DNA of 64,000 bases from Thermodesulfobacteriota bacterium (GTDB lineage Bacteria > Desulfobacterota_D > UBA1144 > Nemesobacterales > Mycalebacteriaceae). The stretch is taken from NCBI GenBank assembly GCA_965198945.1, contig CBDAQI010000001.1:4521-68520 (forward strand). The letters are read 5' to 3'. A model generated the notes under the pieces. That model did no database searches and was not told the DNA's origin. It saw only the letters and a list, made by a program, of their open reading frames with translations. The position numbers and the translations under genes were made by a program. Of this stretch, positions 21,005-29,122 are shown in pieces. How positions within the stretch are numbered: position 1 is the stretch's first letter; every line of letters starts with the position of its first letter.

Positions 21005-22143
21005 ATGTTCAAAGAAATAACACTTCCTGTAGAGTCACTCTCAAACGCAGATAAAAACCTCGTCCAGCAGTTCAATCAGTACTTCAAAACTGATGACGTA
21101 AAGATTGTTCCTAACGGAAAATCCATTGAAGTCCAATTAAGGCAGGTTGACTTCTCTTTGATGGAGAAAGTTGTAGCCGACTTGACAGAATCAGCAAAAG
21201 ACAACAACCCGCTTACCATAACATTGGATGCCATAAGAAACATTAAAAGTTACAGTTTGAAGGGGAAAAAAAGGATTTATGTCGGCTATAACAAAGAAAG
21301 AAAAGTAAAAAACCGTGCCGAGAAGGAAAAACAAAGAGGTAAATATTTCTACGCAAAAGGGCATTCTTTCAAGAAAACAAACAACAAAGTGCCCAAGGAG
21401 TTTGTTGATAAAATTGTCTGCGGAGACAGTGAAAAAATTTTATCAGAAATTCCGGACAACTGCGTTGATATGGTATTGACTTCACCACCTTACAATTTTG
21501 GACTTAACTACAACAACAATAAAAATGACGAACACGACTGGAGAGAATATTTTGAAAAACTTTTTAAAGTTTTTGACCAGTGCGTAAGGGTTCTAAAATA
21601 TGGCGGAAGAATAATAGTTAATGTTCAACCGCTCTTTTCCGACTATATTCCAAGCCATCACATAATCAGTAAATACTTCATGGATAAAAAACTGATATGG
21701 AAGGGGGAAGTCATGTGGGAAAAGAATAACTACAACTGTAAATATACCGCCTGGGGAAGCTGGAAAAGTCCAAGCAATCCCTACCTGAAATACACATGGG
21801 AGTTTATAGAGATATTTTGCAAAGGAGATATGAAAAAGTCGGGAAACTCAAAAAATATAGATATTAGCGCTGACGAATTCAAAAAATGGGTCGTAGGCAA
21901 ATGGTCTGTCGCACCCGAACGTAAAATGAAGCAATATGGACATCCCGCCATGTTTCCCGAAGAAATAGCGAACCGCGCAATAAAACTGTTCAGTTTTAAA
22001 GGTGATTTAATACTTGATCCGTTCAATGGCGCGGGAACTACCACAACAGTTGCAAAAAAACTAGTCGTTCCTATCTGGGCGTAGATATTTCAAAAGATTA
22101 TTGTAAAACTGCAGAAAAAAGAGCAAGAGAGATTCTTTTATGA
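21005..22143 (+). pseudogene. Beta-class N4-cytosine/N6-adenine DNA methyltransferase (SPPY motif) with a ~130-aa N-terminal extension; C-terminus frameshifted at an A7 tract
   Basis: Motif IV VLTSPPYNFG and motif I LDPFNGAGTTTTVAKK. The ORF stops at 22084. An 8th A in the A7 run (22054-22060) would restore ...VAKKTSRSYLGVDISKDYCKTAEKRAREILL* ending at TGA 22141-22143, which is the canonical MTase C-terminus. Confidence 0.65.
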
Positions 22144-22808
22144 GTAAAGTGGGCTTCTCTCCTGAAGTTGAAAAAATCTTGGATGAAATCATAGAGGAAT
22201 ATGACCGCATTTTTCAAAATGTTCAGGGCAAAGCTCTGCAAGACTCAGAAAACAGGGCTTATGGTGGCGTAATCAGGTCTACAGTAGGCGGTTTCGTAGA
22301 ATGGATGACAAAACGCTTGGTTGTAGCTACATGGCTCACACTTGGCCAAAATCAAACTTCACTTAACTTCAAGAGCGGAAAATATAAACTCCCAATACTT
22401 CAACAATATGTTGACAATATAGAAATTCCAGAGGTTAAAAAACAAATCCAAGACAACATCGGCGACTACACCTACGGAATAGGACAAGATGTCCATGTTT
22501 ATGAAGAAGACGATTTTATTCTTTCAATTGAGTGCAAAGCGTATGCAGAAAACGCAATGCTAAAAAGAATCATTGTAGATTGCTGGTTTCTTCAAAAATT
22601 ATTTCCAACTTTGAAATTCGCTCTTATCCAACTGGAAAGCCAATTAACGGGAGATTATCACGAGTTAAATGAAATAACTTTTGGAAGCAAATCATCTCAT
22701 ACAATAATGTCTTATTTCGATGTTGATTTAAAGATAATAACACTGCTCAAGGGAGCGCGAAAAGTGAAAGAGCCAATACACAAATCAAGATTTTATAAAA
22801 CCTTATAA
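22140..22808 (+). CDS. Candidate type II restriction endonuclease (PD-(D/E)XK-like motif)
   Basis: The 222-aa ORF overlaps the restored MTase stop as ATGA. GIGQDVHVYEEDDFILSIECKAY fits a D...(D/E)xK nuclease core. Position and coupling match an R-M operon. There is no family-level recognition. Confidence 0.45.
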   Translation: MSKVGFSPEVEKILDEIIEEYDRIFQNVQGKALQDSENRAYGGVIRSTVGGFVEWMTKRLVVATWLTLGQNQTSLNFKSGKYKLPILQQYVDNIEIPEVKKQIQDNIGDYTYGIGQDVHVYEEDDFILSIECKAYAENAMLKRIIVDCWFLQKLFPTLKFALIQLESQLTGDYHELNEITFGSKSSHTIMSYFDVDLKIITLLKGARKVKEPIHKSRFYKTL

Positions 22809-22895
22809 AAGGATAGTTTGAAAAATGCAGTCAGGCAATTAACAGAATTAATTGAGTAGATTATTAATGTAAAACAATTTCTAACCGCTGATTGC

Positions 22896-23387
22896 TCACT
22901 CCCCTTCCAGCACAACAAGCACCGCGCCGCCTTCAACCGCGTCGCCTTCTTTTACTTTAATTTCTTTGATTTTTCCGGCCACGGACGCTTTTAATTCGCT
23001 TTCCATTTTCATCGCTTCAACAACAATCACACCCTCGTCGGTTTTGACCGAATCGCCTTCTTTTTTGAGTATTTTCACAACCCTGCTCGGCATCGGAGAG
23101 GAAATCTGCAAACCGCCGCCCTCTCCACCCGCAGACGATTCCCTTCCGGTGATTGATTCAAACTCATACAGTGTCCCTTCACAGAACACCTGAATTTTTT
23201 TGCCTTTTTTCACCACCCCGGCCGTAAAAGAGCCGTTCTTTTCGCAAACTATTGAAACAAGAGCGGGGTCAAGTCTTGCAAAGTCAACCTCTGAGGAAAA
23301 ATCGTCCGTCTCAACAACGGCGCGGCCGTCCTTATCTTCAATATTGACGCGAAACCTTTCATCACCGAGTTTAAGAATGTATTTCAC
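22896..23387 (-). CDS. Biotin carboxyl carrier protein (biotin/lipoyl attachment domain)
   Basis: C-terminal EAMKM biotinylation motif. The GTG at 23387 overlaps the accC stop as TAGTG; the longest ORF would start at the ATG at 23447. Confidence 0.8.
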   Translation of the reverse strand: MKYILKLGDERFRVNIEDKDGRAVVETDDFSSEVDFARLDPALVSIVCEKNGSFTAGVVKKGKKIQVFCEGTLYEFESITGRESSAGGEGGGLQISSPMPSRVVKILKKEGDSVKTDEGVIVVEAMKMESELKASVAGKIKEIKVKEGDAVEGGAVLVVLEGE

Positions 23388-24898
23388 TAGCCGCCACCCT
23401 CGTATCCGCCCCTTAAAACGCCCGCTCTGCGGGAAAAACTCTTCCAACCGGAAGCCGCCTTCAGTTTGCCGGTTTCCTGTTTCTCAACGGAACCCCCAAA
23501 ATGAAGCGCAAGAGCGGCGGCAACAGCCGCTTTTTGGCTGCCTTCCCGTCCGGCACTGAGGAGCTCCGGATGCCTGTCTATAAATCCCGTGTCTATTTCG
23601 GCTTTCATAAACTCCTCATTGCGCATAACGCGAATAAGGAAACCGATATTGGTTTTTGTGCCAAGAACCATGTATTCGCCAAGTGCGGCGGCCATTTTGT
23701 TTATCGCCTGTTCGCGCGTCTCAGCCCATACGGCAAGCTTTGAAAGCATCGGGTCATAAAACGATGTAACTTCGCAACCGCTGAAAATAGCCGAATCATC
23801 CCTGATACCGGGGCCGTCGGGCGTCTTCACATAATAAATCGGTCCGGGAGCCGGAAGAAAATTCATCTCCGGATCCTCGGCGTATATTCTGCATTCAACT
23901 GCATGACCGTTCAATTTTAGGTCTGACTGCTTGAACGGAAGTTTTTCACCGGCCGCTATCCTTATCATCCATTTTACGATGTCAAAACCCGTTACCATCT
24001 CAGTTACCGGATGCTCAACCTGTATGCGCGTGTTCATCTCAAGAAAATAGAAGTCCTGCTCCGCATCCATTATGAACTCAACGGTTCCGGCGCCCTTGTA
24101 TGAAACCGCTTTGGATATGTTCACGGCCACCTCGCCCATTTTTTTGCGCGTTGAGGCCGAAATAAATCCCGAAGGCGCCTCTTCTATAACCTTCTGGTGC
24201 CTGCGCTGAATTGAACATTCGCGCTCAAAAAGATGCAAAACATTGCCGTGTCCGTCCGCGATGATCTGAATTTCAATATGGCGAGGCTTTTGAACGAAAC
24301 GCTCTATGAAAACCGAATCGTCTCCAAAAGCCGAAAGCGCCTCGCTTTTTGCCATCCTGAGCGAGCTTTCAAACTCCGCCGGGTCGTGAACAAGGCGCAT
24401 TCCCTTTCCACCGCCGCCCGCAGACGCTTTTATCATAAGCGGATAGCCAATCTCTCCCGCCACATTCTTGGCCTCACTGTCGCTCACGGCCCCTTTGGAG
24501 CCCGGAACAAGCGGAACTTTGGCTTTTACGGCTATGTTTCTCGCGGTGATTTTGTCTCCCATCTGACTGATGGTTTCAGCCGAAGGCCCTATGAAAACTA
24601 TTCCCGCCTTCTCACACGCACGGGCAAAATCCTCTTTTTCGGAGAGAAAACCGAAACCGGGATGAACGGCTTCAGCGCCCGTTTTTTTACAGACGTCTAT
24701 TATTTTTTCAATAACAAGGTAGCTTTCAGCCGGTTTTGAGCCGCCTATATGAACGGCTTCATCGGCAAGAGCAACGTGCATTGCCCCTCTGTCGGCATCC
24801 GAGTAGACGGCAACCGTGGCGATTTTCATCTCACGGCAGGCTCTTATTATCCTTACCGCTATCTCACCTCTGTTTGCTACCAGTATTTTGCCGAACAT
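23387..24898 (-). CDS. accC: Biotin carboxylase subunit of an acyl-CoA carboxylase
   Basis: 503 aa; MFGKILVANRGEIAVRIIRA... ATP-grasp biotin carboxylase. Confidence 0.95.
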   Translation of the reverse strand: MFGKILVANRGEIAVRIIRACREMKIATVAVYSDADRGAMHVALADEAVHIGGSKPAESYLVIEKIIDVCKKTGAEAVHPGFGFLSEKEDFARACEKAGIVFIGPSAETISQMGDKITARNIAVKAKVPLVPGSKGAVSDSEAKNVAGEIGYPLMIKASAGGGGKGMRLVHDPAEFESSLRMAKSEALSAFGDDSVFIERFVQKPRHIEIQIIADGHGNVLHLFERECSIQRRHQKVIEEAPSGFISASTRKKMGEVAVNISKAVSYKGAGTVEFIMDAEQDFYFLEMNTRIQVEHPVTEMVTGFDIVKWMIRIAAGEKLPFKQSDLKLNGHAVECRIYAEDPEMNFLPAPGPIYYVKTPDGPGIRDDSAIFSGCEVTSFYDPMLSKLAVWAETREQAINKMAAALGEYMVLGTKTNIGFLIRVMRNEEFMKAEIDTGFIDRHPELLSAGREGSQKAAVAAALALHFGGSVEKQETGKLKAASGWKSFSRRAGVLRGGYEGGG

Positions 24899-24919
24899 CT
24901 GTCGCCGCCTGCTTTAGAA

Positions 24920-26488
24920 TTAAAGAGGAATGTTTCCATGCTTTCTCGGCGGGTTTGATTTCCTCTTCCCCTCAAGCACTTTGAAAGCAGAAACAACGCT
25001 TTTCCTCGTATCTTCGGGCATTATTATACGGTCAATAAACCCCAGCTCCGCCGCACGGTAGGGGTTGGCGAAGTTCTGTTTGTATTCTTCAGTCAGTTTC
25101 GCCCTTTCAGCATCAGGGTCTTTTGCTTCGGCAATCTGAGAGCGGGAAATTATGTTCACAGCTCCCTCCGAACCCATAACGGCAATTTCCGCGCCGGGAT
25201 ATGAAAGGTTTATGTCTCCCCTGATGTGTTTGGAAGACATAACATCATATGCTCCGCCATATGCTTTTCTGGTTATAACCGTTACTCTCGGCACCGTTGC
25301 CTCGCAGTAGGCATAAAGAAGTTTGGCGCCGTGCCTTATGATTCCGCCCCACTCCTGATTTGTTCCGGGAAGAAAACCGGGAACATCAACAAGCGTGAGA
25401 AGCGGTATGTTGAAGCAGTCGCAAAATCTCACAAATCTCGCCGCTTTCACAGACGCATCTATGTCAAGACAGCCCGCGAGAACCATGGGCTGGTTGCCCA
25501 CAACACCGACAACCTTGCCGTCCACCCGCGCAAAACCGACAACCATGTTTTTGCCGTAATGTTCATGGACTTCAAACAAGTATGAATCGTCAACAATCCT
25601 CTTTACCACTTCTTTCATGTCATATGGTTTGTTCGGATTTTCGGGAATGATGTCCGCAATTTCCCCGGTCGGGCGGTCTGTGGGGTCATCGTTTTCAGCT
25701 TCGGGCGGATCATCCATATTGTTTGAAGGCAGAAATGAGAGGAGTTCCTTTATTATTTCAATTGAATCTTCATCATCTGCAGCGGCAAAGTGCGCGACTC
25801 CGCTCTGCGAATTGTGAACCATTGCGCCACCAAGGCCTTCGGAGCTGACTTCTTCGTGCGTTACGGCTTTTATGACATCCGGCCCCGTTATGAACATGTA
25901 GCTTGTGTCTTTTGACATGAGGATAAAGTCTGTCATCGCTGGTGAATAGACCGCCCCTCCGGCGCAGGGGCCCATAATGGCGGAGATTTGCGGAACAACG
26001 CCCGAGGCGAGCGCGTTCCTCTGGAAAATCTCCCCGTATCCCGCGAGAGACTCCACGCCCTCCTGTATTCTCGCTCCGCCCGAATCGTTAAGGCCTATTA
26101 CCGGGGCTCCGGTTTCAACCGCCATATCCATAATTTTGCAGATCTTTCTGCCATGAACCATTCCGAGCGAGCCGCCGAAGACGGTAAAATCCTGCGCGAA
26201 AACAAAAATCTTTCTTCCGTTCACGGTTCCGTATCCTGTAACCACTCCGTCTCCGAGAAATTTTTTGTCTTCCATTCCGAAGTCTTTGCATCTGTGGACT
26301 ACAAACTTGTCCACTTCTTCAAAGCTCCCTTTGTCAAGAAGAAGGTCTATGCGTTCGCGGGCGGTCAGTTTTCCGTTTTCATGCTGCCGCTTGATTCGCG
26401 CCTTGCCGCCGCCAAGTTCGGCTTCGCTTTCTTTCTGCTGAAGTATTTTGACGGTTTCTTTGATATCTTTTGAGTCTTTTTCGCTCAT
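24920..26488 (-). CDS. Acyl-CoA carboxylase carboxyltransferase subunit (PccB/AccD5/methylmalonyl-CoA carboxyltransferase family)
   Basis: 522 aa with two crotonase-fold CT domains, PccB-like. Confidence 0.9.
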   Translation of the reverse strand: MSEKDSKDIKETVKILQQKESEAELGGGKARIKRQHENGKLTARERIDLLLDKGSFEEVDKFVVHRCKDFGMEDKKFLGDGVVTGYGTVNGRKIFVFAQDFTVFGGSLGMVHGRKICKIMDMAVETGAPVIGLNDSGGARIQEGVESLAGYGEIFQRNALASGVVPQISAIMGPCAGGAVYSPAMTDFILMSKDTSYMFITGPDVIKAVTHEEVSSEGLGGAMVHNSQSGVAHFAAADDEDSIEIIKELLSFLPSNNMDDPPEAENDDPTDRPTGEIADIIPENPNKPYDMKEVVKRIVDDSYLFEVHEHYGKNMVVGFARVDGKVVGVVGNQPMVLAGCLDIDASVKAARFVRFCDCFNIPLLTLVDVPGFLPGTNQEWGGIIRHGAKLLYAYCEATVPRVTVITRKAYGGAYDVMSSKHIRGDINLSYPGAEIAVMGSEGAVNIISRSQIAEAKDPDAERAKLTEEYKQNFANPYRAAELGFIDRIIMPEDTRKSVVSAFKVLEGKRKSNPPRKHGNIPL

Positions 26489-26563
26489 TGATTCAATGTC
26501 CGATGGAGAAAATACGGAAATTGACTATACCAAAACCGGCGGGCGGGCGCAAGCCGGATGGGG

Positions 26564-26773
26564 TTATGACCAGACGAGCGAGAGGTCTCGTTGCGAAGAC
26601 ACGCAATCTTTCAGATACAGATTGATAAGACTTTGGTAGGGGATGCCCTTTTCTTCCGCAAGTTTCTTAAAATAGGCGACTGTATCCTCATCCAGACGGA
26701 TTGTAATTTGTTTCTTTAGCCGTTTGGCGTAATGGTTCTTTCTGGACTTTGAGAAATCGTAGTTTTTACGCAT
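26564..26773 (-). CDS. brnA: BrnA antitoxin (CopG/RHH-like, COG3514)
   Basis: MRKNYDFSKSRKNHYAKRLKKQITIRLDEDTVAYFKKLAEEKGIPYQSLINLYLKD. Overlaps the brnT stop by 8 nt. The longer ORF to 26890 is probably spurious. Confidence 0.7.
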   Translation of the reverse strand: MRKNYDFSKSRKNHYAKRLKKQITIRLDEDTVAYFKKLAEEKGIPYQSLINLYLKDCVSSQRDLSLVWS

Positions 26774-27062
26774 TGATATACTCCTCATACTGCTTTTTCT
26801 CCCGTGAGTTCGCCTTGCGGGCTGAAATAATGCGGATGGTGTTTCCGTTACTCTCGCAGTGACAAACCACGAGCAGACGCAATCTGTCACTCACTCCTAT
26901 CATAACAAAACTCTCCTCTCCTTTTTCAGAGTGGTCGGGGTCTCTGATGATTCGCGCAAACTCGTCATTAAAAACCGAGCGGGTTTTTTCAAAAGAAACA
27001 CGGTGTTTTTTCCTATTTGACACATTTTTCTTCGCATCCCACTCAAAGCTAATGCCTTGCAT
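26766..27062 (-). CDS. brnT: BrnT toxin (DUF497 ribonuclease, COG2929)
   Basis: 98 aa; MQGISFEWDAKKNVSNRKKHRVSFEKTRSVFNDEF...VMIGVSDRLRLLVVCHCESNGNTIRIISARKA, a BrnT signature. Confidence 0.75.
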   Translation of the reverse strand: MQGISFEWDAKKNVSNRKKHRVSFEKTRSVFNDEFARIIRDPDHSEKGEESFVMIGVSDRLRLLVVCHCESNGNTIRIISARKANSREKKQYEEYINA

Positions 27063-27162
27063 TGTTATTTTGTAATTACAATGTAAAGATTTGTCAAGAG
27101 CAATGCAAAGGCTTTATGAACGGAAGGTTTAAGCGGAGAGACGAGTTGACCGGCGCAAGCGG

Positions 27163-27903
27163 TCAGGGATTATTGGTTTGCATCAGTCGGGGCTTTTGCT
27201 CCCGAAACCAGTTGTAAAAGCGTTCCGCATCCGAAAACAGCGGCGGATTTGCGCTCCGTTGAAGATAACCATTTTTGACACGAAGTCCGCCCCATTTCTC
27301 CAAAAGCGGTTTTGTGACGCGGTAGGAGTGTTTTCTGAATTCGCCGATTGGTATGTATTTGGCGAGGCGGCCGGACTTTTCCCGCTTACCCCTTACAACA
27401 ATGTCTGTCGGCTCCGGCGGAGAGTTGCGTGTGTGGGCGTTTTCATCCCATCTTGACTGCGGAATATTATCCGCACGAACAATTTCTTTCACAGTCAGCA
27501 AACCGATGAGTGCGTAGACGAGTTTGTCGTCCGTTACGGATTTAAGTCCCGCAAAGAAAACTACCATATCGTTTTCTTCAAAAGTCTGAAGATATTTGCC
27601 TCTTTTTTCCGTGTCGCCGTAGGTAAGGTTTTCAAAATCGGGATCAAGGTGCATACACTCGTCGGCCAGATTTCCGGGAAGGAAAACTTCGCAACCGTTG
27701 CGCTCTGAAAAACCCGCGAGCGCGGGAACTATCGTATCAGCGTAGCATTTTTCCATTCCGGCAACATTGGCGACCTTTGTCTGCTTTATAGGCACATAGA
27801 CGAAGTCGCCCGTCTCAGGATTGCACGGAGCGTTCCAGTTGCCCGAACTTGCGGTTTGGTCAATTCCGACACGGATCAGTATTGCTTTCATTCCGGCTGA
27901 CAC
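27163..27903 (-). CDS. Hypothetical protein, paralog B of an uncharacterised Cys-containing pair
   Basis: 246 aa. Shares ILIRVGID...GNWNAPCNPETGDFVYVPI and ...GLKSV...KLVYALIGLLTVKEIV blocks with the adjacent upstream protein. Confidence 0.55.
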   Translation of the reverse strand: MSAGMKAILIRVGIDQTASSGNWNAPCNPETGDFVYVPIKQTKVANVAGMEKCYADTIVPALAGFSERNGCEVFLPGNLADECMHLDPDFENLTYGDTEKRGKYLQTFEENDMVVFFAGLKSVTDDKLVYALIGLLTVKEIVRADNIPQSRWDENAHTRNSPPEPTDIVVRGKREKSGRLAKYIPIGEFRKHSYRVTKPLLEKWGGLRVKNGYLQRSANPPLFSDAERFYNWFREQKPRLMQTNNP

Positions 27904-28535
27904 TGCATTACGGCATTGTCTTCCGCTTCGTTACACTTTTTGCTCTTTTCCAAATGAATTGGGTTGCCGTGCCTGCCGCAGCCGTATTCTTTCAATATGC
28001 ACTCTATGTATTTTTTCAGTTTTTGATAATTCTCCGCCTTATTCTGATGTGAGCGTGTCAATTTTTCGTAAATATCCCCTATTTTCTCTATTTGAGTTTT
28101 TTTATTGCTATCGCCAAAATACGCGAAGCAATTACTGACAAGACAAAATGCCCTGTTGTATTCTTCTGGTTCACCCAGATCGGTTTCAAGTTTTTCTGCG
28201 GAATGATACTGAGCGTTATTTCTGAATTTATATTTTTTACCTGTCCATTCATAAATACAGTCAGGGCGATTCCAATACTCGCTTCCCGATGAATAGTAAT
28301 CCTTTCCACTAATAACTTTCTCAACCCGCATAACATAAATCAAGCGGTCTTTTAATTCTGCTACGGACTTGCCGCCCACTCCAATAATCCAATTACCCTT
28401 TTCTGCTGTTGTGCGTATTTTGGGTTTGCAAATGCACAGCGAAATCAACCCATCTTCAACACAAGGCGCACCGCCGTTATCGCAAGTCAATTTATAAATA
28501 AAAATTTTCGATTCTATCGTGTCCATTGTTCCCAC
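27888..28535 (-). CDS. Hypothetical Cys-rich protein, paralog A of an uncharacterised pair
   Basis: 215 aa; KIFIYKLTCDNGGAPCVEDGLISLCICKP...GGKSVAELKDRLIYVMRVEKVI. The C-terminal half is AT-rich and Lys-rich. Overlaps the coaE stop; an alternative start is at 28526. Confidence 0.55.
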   Translation of the reverse strand: MGTMDTIESKIFIYKLTCDNGGAPCVEDGLISLCICKPKIRTTAEKGNWIIGVGGKSVAELKDRLIYVMRVEKVISGKDYYSSGSEYWNRPDCIYEWTGKKYKFRNNAQYHSAEKLETDLGEPEEYNRAFCLVSNCFAYFGDSNKKTQIEKIGDIYEKLTRSHQNKAENYQKLKKYIECILKEYGCGRHGNPIHLEKSKKCNEAEDNAVMQCQPE

Positions 28536-29119
28536 AACTCCTCAACATTCTCTCTCAATTCTTCCAAGCCGCCCGAATTATCAATCACAAAATCATAGTC
28601 AGGATTGCGTCCTTCCTGCGCTTTGAGACGTCTTTTCGCTTCCGCTCTGTCAAAATCGTCCCGCTTTGTCATTCTTTCAATCTTTTTTTCATCACTTGCA
28701 TCCACAAGAACAAGGTGGTCTATTACCTCGCCCAGCGCGCCTCCGCGAGAAAGAAGCGCAGCCTCTATCACAACCGCTTTCGCACCCTCCACAGAAGCCT
28801 TTTCCGCACGGGCGATTATCTCATCCCTTATTTCCGAGTGCGTTATGGCTTCAAGCGCCTTTCTTTTTTTCGCGTCCGAAAAAACCTCCACGCCCAGTTT
28901 TTCCCTGTCTATTTTCCCGTCCGCGCCAATAACTCCGGAGCCGAACTCCCGCAATATTCTTTCAAACGCGGGCTTTCCCGGTTTTGTAATAAAACGCGAA
29001 ACCTCATCGGCGTCTATAACCTCGGCGCCAAGTTCTGAAAACATCCCCGCAACAGTGGATTTGCCTGAACACACATTTCCGCAGAGCCCCAAAATCACAG
29101 TCCGACCACCCGCACTCAC
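28514..29119 (-). CDS. coaE: Dephospho-CoA kinase
   Basis: 201 aa; P-loop GLCGNVCSGKSTVAGMF...VIDADEV, CoaE family. Confidence 0.85.
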   Translation of the reverse strand: MSAGGRTVILGLCGNVCSGKSTVAGMFSELGAEVIDADEVSRFITKPGKPAFERILREFGSGVIGADGKIDREKLGVEVFSDAKKRKALEAITHSEIRDEIIARAEKASVEGAKAVVIEAALLSRGGALGEVIDHLVLVDASDEKKIERMTKRDDFDRAEAKRRLKAQEGRNPDYDFVIDNSGGLEELRENVEELWEQWTR

Positions 29120-29122
29120 AGT

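Noticed and set aside
22054-22060. The A7 tract in MTase 2 as a bona fide phase-variation switch
   Set aside because: Phase-variable R-M genes usually carry homopolymers of at least 8-9 nt or multi-copy short repeats. A7 and the T4/A5 runs are short, so a fixed frameshift or a sequencing error is more likely. This is kept as a testable alternative in the findings.
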